The notes below the pieces were generated by a model. It was not told the DNA's origin. It did not search any database and saw nothing but the letters and a program-made list of their open reading frames with translations. Made by a program: the position numbers and the translations under genes. Below, piece after piece: positions 27,572-42,637 of a DNA stretch of 64,000 nt (position 1 is its first letter; each line of letters begins with the position of its first letter). Source of the DNA: Ophelia neglecta (lineage: Eukaryota); NCBI GenBank assembly GCA_965285935.1, contig OZ260662.1, positions 18,724,001 through 18,788,000 of the forward strand. Direction: 5' to 3'.

Positions 27572-30500
27572 ATATGTGACAGATCCGGAATAACAATTCA
27601 TCCATATTTTACAGAACATCAAAGACGCGGAATTATAGTAAATCGCCTGCTTGCAATATGTGATATAAACTTGTGATAATATTAGCCTTTTTGAATGATT
27701 GGCGCTTCGCTATGTTAATTAACTGAACTATTCAGTTGATGTATCTCTTTGAAAGGCACCTGATGTTGGTGGTTCCAGGCGATTACAACCCACGTGAGTA
27801 CATTGTATGCCTGGGAGTGTCCAGGTAAAAAGAAAATTAAAATACGGTAGAGTGTCGTATTCTCTACTGGGCGGGTAAATCTGTTGTTATCTGAAACCTG
27901 CCATTGTGATATTTGTCTGGTCACTAGCTTCATACCTGTGATGCAGCTGCCAGTGTAGTCAATTGACATATAACATGATTGCAAATCTTACATTATAAAA
28001 AACCTGTAGTGTCAAATACTTATTATACGAGCGGCAGGTTTCCAACTGGTATAATTATACATGCGTCCAGGTATTGCAATTTGTCTAAGGTGCAAAGATG
28101 GCCTCTTTGAGAATAAGACCCTATTTGCCCCGACTACAGTTACATAAGAACAAGGAGTAGCTTATGGCACCAAAAGCAAGGTAAATGACTAACAGTGCAA
28201 GCTTTTAATCGAACAAACATACGGCCTAGTTACATAACTGGACAGCATGTTTCTGTGTAAGATATCGAGATTAGTCAATTATGCTAGGAAGGATTACATG
28301 ATTTTTTTCAATTAAGTAAATAATGATAGTTAATTAAGCAATATCTGCTGCTGAGTTCGTGCACTCTGACTCATTCAACACCAAGCTTTGGATTGCTCAA
28401 TGTCTATGTAAGGGCCCTTTCTATAAAATTCAAAGGTGTGTCGGGTAAATCAGTGCACGGCTAACTGTTCTACAATGGCGGACATTAGTTGACGATTGCA
28501 CTATAACCTTCACACAACCTTTACTGCAAAAATCATTGCCAATGCGACATGGTATATGTCAACAATATTGTTTGGTTAGACAAACACGGATACTGAATTT
28601 GGTATGTTTAAGATATTACGGACTTTGACACCCGACTGATAACGAGAACTCATTAAGCAAAAATACTATATTAAATTCTGCTGAAAACCATCAAAATCTT
28701 TCTGCCCAAGGCCAATACATACCAATCCCCCGTTGAATTCCTGTTATTAACTGTAAATGAAATTAGGTCTCAAAAATCAAATATGCTATCATTCGTTTTG
28801 ATAAGTATTCCGTTTTGCATGAAGTTACCTTGACCTGAAAACTTAAATCCTGGTGGTCTATGTTGCCCAAGTATGAAGTAGTGAATCATTATTCCGGAAC
28901 ATTCTATTATAAAAGGACGAAATTTTCAAGACCAGCGTTGTGAAAACGGCGAAATCAGAAGCTTTGGCTTAATGTACAACGGCAGGCATGGGAAAATTAT
29001 CATATCACTCATTTACCCAACCCGAAAACATTAATAGCAGTTTTTTTTTACTTGATATGAATTGCTTTTGGTTTGGCTTATCATTTTGTTTAAATTCAGC
29101 GAAACTAAAAGGCCCATTTAGCTTTCGCTGTGTCTCTCTCGTTTACTGAAAGACTCAAGGACTGTTATTGGGAGGCACACCTAGATAACGATAGTAAATT
29201 TACAGGTAAAATTGCTTGCCGTGGACTCATGATTAATGCAATTTTGCAAGATAAAACAACATTCTGATGTCACGCTTTAATAGGACTGAAGATGTGCATC
29301 AGCAACGGTGTTATATTAGTCCTTAGATGAATGGAATTATGATTTAAAGTCATCTCGGTGTTGTACCGCGGAATTGTACAGACAGAGACAATAAGAACCT
29401 TGTCGCGAACACCAAAACAGTCGTCGATATGGTATTAACTCCTGTTCGGAATGGAGGAATTGGGGATAGGATGCCACAAGTGTTGTTTCTTTTATGACTG
29501 GTGACATGTTTATGTGTGTACTTCGTGACTGCCCGTCTAGGAAAACGGGAGTGGACACCTGGTAGACAGTTCAATATTTGTTAAAAATAATAACCCATAA
29601 TATTAATCCGATTACACCAGGAACCCCTACATGCAGAGTTAAACACACTCATCACCGGTTGCATAATTGTCAATAGGCAAATACAGATATAAAGTTGAAT
29701 CAATCACTCTGATATCACTCGCAATGCAACTTGATATCGAGCAGTATCTAAGATTAAATTGATCTTAGAAAATTTGGTTGTTTGCGAAATCCACATCATG
29801 TCTTTTCTAGTTTGCATTTAGGAGAGAATGGTTATAAATGATGTGTATTTATTTATGAGGCGATATATATTATAACACGAAAAGAACGTCTCTTACATGA
29901 TAAATTTTTAGATCCCCAGGCTTATCCTTAAAAATGTGCATGGTTATAAATACGAACTGGGAATTTAATTGAGTGAATTGACATTTTAGATAATTGATTT
30001 TGTTTGGTTAACCGTTTGGTAAATTCGTTCTTGGTGCTTTGTGTGTGGCACATATATGGTCACCAGGCGATAAGCATAAGGCAAACATGTTTTGACTACC
30101 TTTGACAATGAGCTTCCCGAAGAAATGAGAGCTCATTTATGGGACCTCAGTGCGAAAGATTCGGTGGTATTATTCATAGGCAAGGCGTTGCCCGCCCAAT
30201 TCGCAGAATATTAGTGTGACTTCCTCTTAATCTCCGCAGGAACATGGATGACTATTGTCTGATGGACACATTCGCGCATAGTCGCATCTCTGTATATACA
30301 TTTACGTTACTTGCATACTTTACTCTTATTTTTATTAATATGTCGTATCTAGCATGGAAACTAGCCAATTGTTACAGTACGACTAAGATGGATAAACATC
30401 GCGCATAATCATATCTCTTTATATGAAATTTATTTTACTTGAATAATTTACTAAGAACTTTAATTCAATAGCTCATTAATTTCATCCCATGTACGCTCCT

Positions 30501-30849
30501 AAATAAGAGGAAAAGAATACTTATAAAAATGTGTATGCATTCCACGCAATGTAGCAGGTGCATTGGTAATCATGGAAATTAAACTTAGATCATTAGATCA
30601 ACGTTGCAACTGCGTGTTGTTTATTACGTTGAAGAGGACATCCACTTAATGTGTTAGTGGTGGGCGTTATTGTAATTACATTGTCTTCAGACAGCTTAGT
30701 TCTTTCAGGCAGGAAGACTGAGCACTTCAGTCGACCGATACTGTGTTTATCTAAACACGGAGTTTCTAAGAAGATTTAATTCCATAGCATGTAGGTGGAT
30801 TATGTCCCAAAATATAACATGCAGCTTTGTTCATGGGGTATGAATCGGA

Positions 30850-31115
30850 AGTAATCAAAGAAAAATGCTCCAATACCATGGAATGGGAATATATTTATTA
30901 ACAAACATATACGAAGGGGTATCAGATATTGGAAGGAAGGTGTGATAGTAGCCACTTTGTCCAACCCTAACCTATATCTCACCATACACTGATTTCGATT
31001 TTCGTTTCTTTGCTCATGAACCCCCCTTAATCGATGCATAATGGAGAACATTATATTTTCATTGAAGATGATTGTGATAAATGGCGTTATCCCCAGTATG
31101 ATTTCTTTGACAAAA
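30850..31115 (-). mobile_element. Possible decayed LINE RT N-terminal fragment
   Basis: VKEIILGITPFITIIFN...KVATITP.F resembles LINE ..PFITHIFN..KVAKVTPIFK. Interrupted and weak. Confidence 0.3.
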
Positions 31116-31879
31116 CCGGCCACTGAACAATGTATATATGCACCCACTCCCCAACTCCAGTCTGCCCCTTATCTGGGAAGAGACCGTTTCTACAGAACGC
31201 AATAATGAACAGAGTTCATGTCGCGCTCTCTAACATTGTTCAATTGCAACGCGCTTTGTTACACGCGTACATGGGATAACTTTGCAGACTTATACAATAC
31301 TTAGACAATATACACATTTCAATGACCGTTTTGCACAAAAGACTGCTCTTGCCATGAATAGAGCATTGTCTACATTGTCTACTGTCATGCAATGGTTAAT
31401 CACATATCAGTTTCCGGTGCTGTAACTCATTTGCCTGTATAATTCCCCAACGTGTTTCCAGCAAACAATAAGTTAACATCTTTCCGAATTATAAGCCAGG
31501 TTTGATTGGTTGGAAGCTTCGCTTTATATGCAAATAGAGTATTGGGGATTAACACATGTATCTAGTATTTAAACAAACGCTAATTTTGCGTATTGACTAC
31601 ATGACGTCATGAAAATAAATCTATAGAAAATTATCCTTTCACTGTTATATGCGTACATGAATTGCTGCTGGTCATGTAGCAATAGTAAGTAAAGTTAAAA
31701 AATGCCGGAATACTTCATCTGCTGTGCTAGGAAAACAAAACAATTAACTGACAATGAATATTAAGCCTAGTCCAATAAATATAATCATTTTGTTTCAATG
31801 CAACCTAAAAAATGTATTGTTGTTTCTGAAGTATTTATAATAACAACGATTTATTCCATTGCCGTTATGGATGCCAGAA

Positions 31880-32330
31880 TATGGTAATAAAACCTCTTTT
31901 ATATGACATCTAACGGCTTTGTATAAATCTTACAAGCAATGTCTTTGATTGTGTAAGTTCTCACATATTCAGATAAATGTGTCTTTCCTTTGAAAATGGT
32001 TCATTTGTTAGGATCTAATGTGTCGTTCAGTAGATCTAGCTTTATACAAATGAGCCTCTGCGTTATCATCATTGAAAGATGAGCCAACCATCACAAGTAG
32101 AAACATTAACCATATAAAGGCTTAGAACCACGCTGTATCCACCATTTGTATTTGTTTTGTTTGTGTTATATTCCTACAAATCATTGCAATGCTATTTTCA
32201 TTGCTACATTATCAACTAAGAATTTGCAAGAGTCTTTTTTTTCAAGGAAAGAAAACGACACAAGTCTCATTTGTTTCCATTTTGCGTCCTTTAATAATTG
32301 CTCCAATGCACATTTATATGCCATTCACAA
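31880..32330 (-). mobile_element. Probable highly decayed L1/Tx1 ORF2 fragment (EN-RT linker)
   Basis: Minus strand GAIIKGRKMETNETCVVFF.*KKR resembles Tx1 GAIIRSR...ENEKCTKYFF..EK. DLYKAVR lies further downstream. Confidence 0.4.
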
Positions 32331-33364
32331 ATGCATTATTAGTATTAGAGACACTCTTAACATTCCTGAAATCTGAACGCCCAGCAGTTTATGCGTTAGA
32401 TTATTTAGAAAAAAGGAATGGATAAAAGCCTTGAAGGCATTATTACATAGACTCAGCTATCGAGGATGATCCATATAATTTTCTAGGTATCATGAGAAAA
32501 CTTAAGAAGCAAGGGCACAAATATCGATTAGCGGAAATGAAATAAATACAGTCTGATATCACTGGTCTTTTATAGCAAGCCGGCGAAAGTGGACAAAATT
32601 GTATGGGCCCTGTAGGAGACATTGATGGACTAGCCTCATTTTGCAGTTACAGTGTGAATTAGAGTTCACGTCATTCAAGGCCCGAGTTCTTTTCCTGAAG
32701 TTCCTCCTCCGTCAAACCTACTCGCCTGCACTTCCAATCAAAATGCGACCAAACGAGGTACAAATATAACGCGTAAAGGGTACACCAGTTTTGTTCGTTT
32801 GGGATTTGAGTATTTAACAATACATGGCAAAGTCCTAAATAAATTTTTCGGAACTAACTTACTCATCAAATAACTCGATAACCTAATCATTCAGTCATTA
32901 ATGGATAATGGTTAATGATTTATTGTCACAATTACATTCAATGTGTATACAACAAGAACAAAAAGGAGACTTATACGTCTTATTATCGGTTGAGCCTGTT
33001 AGAGGAATAATTATAATAATACATATTTTAAACAAATGAAAAAATATGAAAGTTATAAATGGGGAAAATATAGGCTGCACACAGCTTATGGTGCCTCTTT
33101 GACAAACGCTGTAAACACTGTGTTATAACATAGGTACACAATCTACATATTTTCACTATTGGACTTATTGAAGGTCTTAAGAGCCTCCGAAAGCGAGGGC
33201 TTGCGAGCCTTGTATAGCGAGTTAGATGTAACAAAGGGGAAGCATACATACTTTCAACTGGGTGTAAGAAAGCTAAGTATTACTATTAGAGTAAACAGGC
33301 TGCTCAGACAGTTGCAATATTAAGCTGCCCCAACAGTTCCAGATGTTCTCCTTCTTATAGCTTC

Positions 33365-34270
33365 TTATACCAGTTGGGGTAACTTAAAGTGAAAAAGATG
33401 AACCAAAAGATGGTGCAAGTCATCTGTATATAATATGCCTGTAAACACATTTATAAAGGAACATATGTACTCGAATATATTACCTATAAGACCTATTGAC
33501 GTCTTCGTTACTCTCGTTGGCTTGTTAATTAATGGTAAGATGATCTCACTAGAAATAATATCATCAAAGTCTTGTGTCGGGTTTTGATTTTCCACATTTA
33601 ATAAGTTGACATTGAAATCACCTGTCCGGTAACATAATTTGTTTACTGATTTTACAATATTAAGTATGGCTGATGTATATTCTTTAAAAACTGGTACATT
33701 CATATCTTGATAACGGTAGATGACAACTACAACAGCATAACGCTTGGTATTTATATATTCCTTGGAAATTTCAATATATTTACATTCGATATTTGTATTT
33801 AAAACATCTACAGACAAATGGCAGGTTATCCTTTACTAGATGCGACAGATCTCCGCCAAATCTATCAGGTCTATAATTACTCACAGATACATAGCCTGGA
33901 ATGGTAAAGCGGTCAACTGTATAATTTCATTTTGTACCTCTAGTTTACAAAGATTTTTTCGCAGCACTAGAAATGTTGGCATGAACCAAAGAAAAACATG
34001 TAGATTATCATGGATTGGGTCTTCGAAGTAATACATTACATGAATTAGAACTACTAGAAGACGTTTGCAAACAATTCACGCCCGGGTATATACAAAAAAT
34101 GTTGAAGATGCACCATCAAGAAGGTCAAATGGTACAAATAGTTTACTGCGATGTTCCCCTTTATTAATACATTTCGAATCATGTTGAAAGTCGCTCAGTA
34201 TCGGGAGGAAATCTTACATAAGATGACTGTAGGGGAATATGTCACAAATTTGTGTCAAGCAAAGCCAATT
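33365..34270 (-). mobile_element. Decayed CR1/L2-group LINE ORF2, APE endonuclease domain
   Basis: ORF 33365-33817 has VIYR, GDFNVNLL, LPLINKPTRVT..S..LI.NIF and TGILYTD..HHL (degenerate SDH). An LPGY..R..GG-like motif lies upstream. 5' end approximate. Confidence 0.9.
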
Positions 34271-37200
34271 ATTAATACTGCAGTAAAGTGTCAGTAAAAC
34301 ACGGGGAAGACAATTGATTTGTGTTATAGAAAAAGGACACAGAGCATACAGTAGCATAAGAATGAATATTTTACCCTACAAGAACATATTCTACACGGTT
34401 CTACTGGGCTCATATGAACCAAACACCACTGCTGGATATACTGTATGATAAATAGTCATGGCTGTTTTGGTTGTTAAGCAAGGGAGTGCATTGTACAATA
34501 AAGTATCAAACAAAAATCTGCTAAGGATTAGTAAAGAAATATATAGCCTGAAAAATTGATAACAAATACGAACAACATGCGTTGGTAGACAGATATATTT
34601 ACGCGATATCAATTAGCCTCACTGCCATAGAATGATAATAAGTATTATACAGTGTATGCATGCTTTTAAATCGCTTTTTATATAACTAATCAATAATAAG
34701 CAGATGTAGCTGACAAGCCTACTGCTCTTTTCTGAGATTAGGCACACTTGAAATTCAGTTACGGGAAAATGATATGATGGCCAGACATGTCCAATCTCTT
34801 TCTAACTCCACTTGAGCTTGCTGAGCGAGGTATTTGATGTTGTGTTTTGCCCTTTGGCAAATAATAATACAGTCTTGGGCAAAGTGATTCTTTTGATATT
34901 GCGATATCACTCAGATATGCCATTGAAGACACTCATATAGGCAAACTTCATTACGCCAGCCTGCAAAACACTCATGTTGACACTCACTACCTGACTACAA
35001 TCATAAAGCCTTTGAGTGCAAAAGCTATTAACAAAACCCTCAACGAAGTATACGAATGCCTTTTTTTTTAACACGGCACCCGCGCCATTCTGTGCTTGGC
35101 CGCTGTTGTGTCGTTGGATACATACACAAAGACTTCTAATACCATTAAGTTCTAACACCTGCCATACTGGTACTGCATGCAAAAGTACATGAACTGTATT
35201 CCTTTTCCGAGGTTTATAGTCTGGGTAACATTCATAGAAAGAAATTGTTAGGGACCTAAATGGCCCCATGGGCATTTAAGTCCACTTAACAATATATAAA
35301 ATACTCAGGATGAAGTTAATAGCAGTCATTGTATTTCTGTTTTGTCTTTTTTATCAAAAGTGTATTTGTGTTGATTCATAGTTTAATTAAAGTGGAACTA
35401 GTGTTCTTTGCAATTATAAGTTGGTTCTGGAAATCTGGATATATATAATTAGTTTATGTATTAGTCAACAACTAATGTTGCTATCATCTGTAGCCACGGG
35501 TAAGAGAATTCATCTCGAAAGAAGTCCTAATTATTTGGAAAAAATAGTATGGTAATGAAACAGGTCGGAGGAAGGAATTAATCACATTAAAGGGTGAAAT
35601 CCTGGTCAGAATTCCGACGCATGTCAGTTATTCCTTCTTGATGATGTGTCATCCTGCCATAGCTGTCACGTAACGTAGATGGAACACTACCGGGAAGTGT
35701 ATAAAGCTCTGTCCGAATGTTACCTGTACTGCTTGTTACAGAATAATGAGAGGAAATTTTACTACAGGCCACGTAAAACAGCGTGATTTCCCATCATAGT
35801 TAAAATAGAACGTTCGCTCAAACCATCAGGGTTCCAAAGAGATGTATTCAAAACATGAATGAAACTTTACAAATCTGTATTTCTAAGTGTTTCTGTAAAA
35901 AAAATGTATAAGCATAGTCTGTGTCAAAATATCAAAATATGCATTCGCGCATCTATCATGCCTCTTGGAAAATGTCATTGGATTGATTCCTTTGTCTGTC
36001 ATGTATTGTTTCAATAATGATAACCTATTTCGTCAAACATTCCACCCTATGCTGATATTGCCCTCAAATAACGAATTAAAAGTATGGCTTTTTGCGCAAG
36101 CTGCGATGGCAAGTGCAATGCTTACTGGATTTCACAGTTTCAAAAAAGAAACGCGAGAAAGTTAGGTTAATCTAATTTTACTTAGCGGATCCATTTCAAC
36201 TCCCAAACTAGGATCACCAGTTTTACCTGCCGATTGCGTTTTTTGTATATATAAGAATGACATTTAAACATGGAAGATAATGCTAATATACATTTAGAGA
36301 GGACCTCACACACTACAACAGTAAGTTGAGTATACTTTTTTTCTGTTTATGTTTTCGTTTATTTTTATTTGCATTACATGTTTATATGTTGTTTGTGAGC
36401 TGGAGAATGCTTAATTGATGTGTTTGGAGCTTTGGTTGCTGGCTCCTGATGATTTTAAACAGATTGAATGGACTGTTCTGAACTATTGATTTGGCTTTCT
36501 TTGCCGGATAGCCACAACCGGGATTTTAAATGATAAAGTGAAACATTCTGTGTTACTTGAATGGAAAAACGACTAGCTTAAATACAAATTGAATAACCAC
36601 CAGGACCAAAATATTGGATACAAAATGATTGATCGATGTGCTTTGTTAGCCTGGAATCAAATACTTTTTTTCCAAAACAATGTAGGCTAAGTCTGAAATG
36701 ATCAGTAGGGGGTTGTTACTTTAAACCCATGCGTCAAAGCTTTTTTTTTTACAACTGCATTTTTGTGAGTTATTGATCATCGACAAGCCATTTCTCTAAT
36801 GCAATCCTAGAGGTATATGCACCTTATGAGTAGAAGGATACCCATATTAATGTTAGGTTCAAAGGCTTGCTGTTCTACCTAATACGGGTAACATGAGATA
36901 TAATGGCCGAACAAAACAAGACGAGTAAAGAAGGCAATTTTGCAACAAAACAAGTCGAGCAACCTCTTTTATGTAAAATCTCTTATGAGAAGAGAGCTTT
37001 GCCTTCGTTTTTTGTACATTGAAGAACTGATGTTCTGTTAAATTCGTGCATTCCATTCGTAGTCTAGATGTATTTACATGATAATATGTAAATGGCATTA
37101 TGTTGTAGGGCCTACGGTTGACGTTTCCTAGTAAAAATGGCATGATTTAATGAACTATTCGACTCGGATCAATTTGCTATACACATTTGAACAATTAATA

Positions 37201-37406
37201 AACGAAAGAAGCTTATTGCATATATTATATAAATTACACTTGGCGCATGTACGTTGATCAATTTAATTTTTACATTTATGGGTTGGTTGTTGTCAATGTC
37301 AATTGTAATTGGACCCAGTTCATGGGCATTACTGTTGCTTAAAGTTCTGTTAATCTGATATACCATATCGAGAGACAAAGCTCCATTAATACTGAACTGT
37401 TAAGAC

Positions 37407-37482
37407 ATGGATACAAATAGGAGAGTGTACCATGCACACGAAGTAAAATTAATGGAGGATAGGCAACAAAAACCAAACCCAG
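37407..37482 (+). CDS. Candidate small exon MDTNRRVYHAHEVKLMEDRQQKPNP, phase-1 donor
   Basis: gacATGG start context, purine-rich open frame, full consensus donor CAG|GTAAGT at 37483. No recognisable homology. Confidence 0.3.
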
Positions 37483-40400
37483 GTAAGTCATTGCTTTAAC
37501 TCTTTAAAGCAATGCATCATCACAGACAGCAGTCATGTTATGAAGAATGACCAGTGGTATTTCCTGGTGATTAACTGCAGACATTATGTCATTTTTTATC
37601 TAAGTCTCCGTCGTTTGGCGTTGTTTGTATGAAGCTAATCATTGAAGCAACTTTTAGCATGATACGCTTCGCACGATAGGCCACAACTCTCCCGAAAGTC
37701 TTCGTATGATAAAAGGAATGGATCGGTCATTTTGCTATAAGATCTGGATCGAAATGACAGTTAGGCCACTTTTTAATTAGTATGACGAAGCATAATATTC
37801 TAACAAATGTGACATAGCGAGAAACAATGCATCGCAGTATGTAGCATTATGTTGACCTTAGTCAAGATACAGAAGGTCGATGAAAAAGGCTCCTTCTCCA
37901 AAAATGGAAAACAACGGGAGATAATTATCTCGTTTTAAAATAGTGCAGGAAGTCAAGGTGCCTAATTTGTTTGAACTAATATAATGGAATGTCATTTAAT
38001 AGTGATAAAACATTGTTCTGTAATTAAAATATACAATAACATGGTGAGAATAGTGTGTTTGTAATGTCATTCTCTTTGCTATATGGGCAAATATTAACAT
38101 GTTATTACCATAAATATAACTGATGATATATTGCTTTCCAACTCGACAGCAAATCAATAACAACTAATAATCAGTTTGTTACGATTAGGCCAATGAGCGA
38201 GAAAGCAGGTTTATTCTTTTCTTGCCAAGTGCCTGGAATGACCAAAGAACGGCAGTTTTACCCCATCAGCTTCGGAAATACACTGCTGATGAATAATAGC
38301 TGCGCGAGCCTTTGTTTCCTGTTTTTGACACACGCCTCGGCCTATTGTCAGCCGTGGATGCCTTTCTAATGAGAACATCTCATCCATTTTCGTATATGGC
38401 CTTCGCTGAATGGCCTGTTTTTGTAAGTTATAAATTGCGGAACCTTTGTCGGCCAACAAATACATGGACTAAACTACATGTATTGAACTAAACTGGCTTT
38501 ACTAAGGCTAAAGTTTTAGGGCCCTCTCGTTTGATTCACACATAAACAGTTTAGCGTATTATATAAACCGAGCGTTGCATAAGATAATCTTATCGACTGG
38601 ACATGTTTATATAACAATGCGTAGGAATGGAAATGTTCAGTCACCGATTGGTGGCGTAAATTTGTACCTAAACTTCATCATATATGGCCTTTTTTAGGTT
38701 TACAATTACTCGTATAATACTGCTGTACAACTTTGTCCATGGAATTCACTGGTCCAAATTACCTGCCAAGAATAGGATCCAATAGGATTTCCTGGTCTGG
38801 GATTGGCGTCTTTATATCTGTCCATCCTTCATCCTTCTCGCGAACTAACCTAAATTTGAAAATTGCAAGGGAGTCATGTATGATTTCCGGAATGAGTTAC
38901 AGGGCAGGTTTCCTTTCCTGTTTTAAATAGTTTCTAGAACTGATTCATATAGCTTATTTGTTTTGCATGACAAATAGATATGAACTGTCTGCTTTCAACG
39001 CATTCGTGTGAACGAAAACGATGTGTTTTTACAACCATTCTAGTCTTTATAAGTAACATAATTCATTTTAAAGACGTTATGTTGTTGCGTGGCTATGCTT
39101 TACTAGACTTAGTATATGTTTCTAATGGAACTGCATTTTTCTTGGAATACGGACAGGAAGAAACCAGGGACATATTAATCAAAAAAAGTGGTGTATCTGC
39201 CTGCCTTCTTACTGGCATGTGTCATTTATTCCTCTCAGAAGATCAGACCGCCTTGTTGGGACTCTGCCTGACATGATTAAGCACCACCAGGTCAGGCGAA
39301 AGGCAAAGTGTGATCCCTTACCGGGACTGGCTTATATAGTGATAATTATTGTCACCTGGCTACAGGATACCTGTTATTGAGGTCGACCCCTTGACGAATC
39401 CTTTTTCATACTGGACGCCGCCTGAATCAGCTTCTGTCTTCACAACTTCCGATAATTCTTATTTAAATATTTGAAAGGAAGGAGAGGATGTACAAAGAAA
39501 AATACACATTGTTCACAACTAAGTACGGATTCCAAAAGCATTTATTTTCTGTGTATACACATGACTAGTTCAAACTGGAAGGACCAAGCTAATATTTGTC
39601 TACTCAGGCCATATATATTTCATTTACACCCAGAAAGATCCTCTGTAGAAACTATCCTGAATTAAATCATATTGATTAGTTATAGCTGCCGCTCTCCCGT
39701 GTTGAATGACTTCTGTAATTACAGTTTCAGAATTAAAATGGTCTTAGGCATTTTTCTTGCTGTCTAGCGCATTGCTTAGCACTGTACAATCCCATTAGCT
39801 GTGCCTCTCACATGCGTCTAGCAATTTCTCTTCAATTTCCAAACGAAGAAATCTCATATATTACTCGATAAGGATATTGTTATTCTCTTAACAATTGGTA
39901 TGACAGTGAAATATGGATTGATCTATCTTTTTTTGCGTGAAGAATCTTAGTTCATGCGGTTTTTAGATACTTTTAGTCGATCTATCCTCGTGATACATAT
40001 ATTGTGCTTTGTTTCTAGACAAAATGTTTAGTCCCATTTAGAATGAACCAATTCGTTTTACCTCTCCTAGGCATATCCTGAAACAATGTGTGTACACCAG
40101 TTCTTAAAGCTTAATGAATATTTCGTGGTCATATGAAAACCGCCGCACGACAAAATGAGATTTATCCAGTCGTTTCAATTAACGCCGCGTGATTCCCACT
40201 ACAATGGAAACTTTTTCTTAAAAAAATACAGATAATAAACGGCATACAAAAGCAAATCAGTAATAAAAAATATTCCAAAAAATCTGTGTAAAGTCACCAG
40301 GAACTAACAGCCTCAAAAACATAAATTGTATGCGTGGCTTACAAATGGACACCATTCGTGTCTCAAAAATAAATGTCACAAAATGCGCCGCTCTGTTGTA

Positions 40401-42637
40401 AACTTCTCATAGAATATGCATTGACGCCAACACATGGCCTTTAGACCAGCTTAAACTTAGTGTGTCACGGCCAACTGAGAGCATATTAATAGAATCCAAT
40501 ATTATAATATACTGTTGAACGGTCTCATGTCACTGTTGGCTGACCAGGATTACCAGGCGTATCCAGCGACTATGTTTTTAAACGTAACACATCGTGTGAA
40601 CATTCTAGGTAATGTTACACTACCTTTGTTAACAGTTAGATGTCAGATTACAATTTATATATTCTAATTCTTTGCGGCAGCAAATCTTTAAGCGGCGTAC
40701 CCTATAATACATTAACCTCATTTTGCCGCAGTAACCTTTAATGAATAGTATTATTTGTTTAACAGGAACTTGTTGTGTCTTCCCCATAGCCACTCCCGCT
40801 TTCGTCTTCAATACATATTAGTGGTTCTAACACAATCAGGTACTAAGTATACCTAAGCCTTTCACTGTACTTCCTATATTTGTCGCTGAATCGTACCTGG
40901 CGCTAATTATGAGTCCCTGGTCGCCCGTTCCACGCTTTTTATAAGTGGGCGATCCAGGGCAGAAGCCAAGCACATGTCCAAGGAAGATGAATGACTTGTT
41001 ACATATGACCTTTCACTACTAATCTCTAGCTGTGCACGACATATACAGTAACCATTGCTACTGACATTTCAATAGACGTCTTCTCATTCCAGCGACATAG
41101 CGTTATAGTCAGTACATTAGACATATAATTACGTATTTGGTCACTAATTGGCAAGATTTGACTCAAAACAAAAACCGGGAGTGGATAGCTTACAGACAAT
41201 GACCAATCATGTGACGAAAATGGAGAAGATCAAAGGCACGTTATGTGACAGTATATTGCTAGACTTAAAGGCGCCTTTACATATTCAAATAGACCTTTCC
41301 AAATTTCCAAACGGACATATCCGGATTTAGGAACCTATCGAACTGTCGCATTATAAGCTGCCCTCCCGCTGCGGAGCCGATTGCAGAGAGTATCTCGCTT
41401 TGTGGACCAGCATAACACCTAATGACCCCCTTATTGTTGTGATGTAAACAGGGCTAACGATTAGACTCAAAATTGAGGTGAATGTCACTGAAATTTCTGG
41501 ACAGTATGAGGGCCTAATTCCGCCAGCGGGGTAAGTACTAGAGTACTTACTTTAATCGGTTGCATTATTGGGATTGTTAGGGTAAAATTAATTCAACTTG
41601 TAGTGTTGTGCCCAAACTGCAGGCTCCATCTAAATATAAACGCGTTGAGACAATCAGTGCCTTGTATTTATAGCGCCAATGTGCCTAGGTGAGAGAAATC
41701 ATCCCCTATATTTTAAGAACGAAAAGCAGCAAATTCTACCCCTAGAACATGTCAAATGATTTGTCACCGCTAAAAGGTAAACGCTTATTAGAAATCTTTA
41801 ATTGAAGAATTTTACTCGGTGTTGTCCCGTTGAAATCTGCTACCGTCCTGTATACGCATGCGCAGTAGACTCGCCCGCGCCCAACAGCGATATACTACAG
41901 AAAATTGCCTTCTTTTGTCTCCGAGTTGTCCCCGATATGTCTCCTATGATTTCGGCTAATTTCACCACTGAGCGAGCCAATTGTTTTTGGCCTTTTTGAT
42001 ATCCCTTACCTCATTACAAGAGATAACGCTCCTGTTTTCCTGGATGGATCAGGATAATTCATATGAGCGGAGAACTTATTGATCCAGCTTCCAGAAATAG
42101 TTCGGCCGACCTCTAAATGACCATTATTACCGAAGTTTATCAGAAAACTACAGCAAAGCCGTTGGATGCATCGCGAAAGAAAGTAAATGTTGGTTGTTTT
42201 ATTGGTAGTGGTCGTGAATGTTCTGTCGTGTGTCAGACTGCAAATGTGTTGCGCAACGCTTTGCAAAGGATAAAGTCAATTTGCCTAAGTTAACATTTCA
42301 GAAATACGTTGTATGTCATTTTTGCGAACGACCTTACCATTTTTATAATTGTTTTCACACTAATGCGACAATTTCCAGTCGCCTCTATCAGAAAAGCAAT
42401 AGTATTGACAATGGACATTTTCAGAATTATACCCTGTCTAGAGATTGGTGGAATATTCATTTCACCACTTCGTACCTAATATGCGACACGACATGATTTA
42501 TAATCTCATGTAGTCCAACCCACTCTTATATGGCAACTCTACCAATCTACATCTGGTATCATGTTCCCCGGGAACATGACAAGCCAAATGCAGCGTGGCA
42601 TAGAACAGCTGCTTCTATCACTGCATGCAAACATGAC

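Noticed and set aside
36270-36326. MEDNANIHLERTSHTTT|GTAAGT mini-exon, and 3905-3960 similar
   Set aside because: Non-consensus exonic donor bases. GTAAGT alone is expected many times by chance in 64 kb.
38211-38465. YLLADKG...GVKLPFF resembling an ISL2EU/Harbinger DDE transposase motif
   Set aside because: Spacing is wrong and the expected IA..RIHVER motif is absent downstream.
41451-41530. Possible exon GLTIRLKIEVNVTEISGQYEGLIPPAG with GTAAGT donor, vaguely DEG/ENaC-like
   Set aside because: Weak acceptor, marginal similarity, no neighbouring exons of that family.
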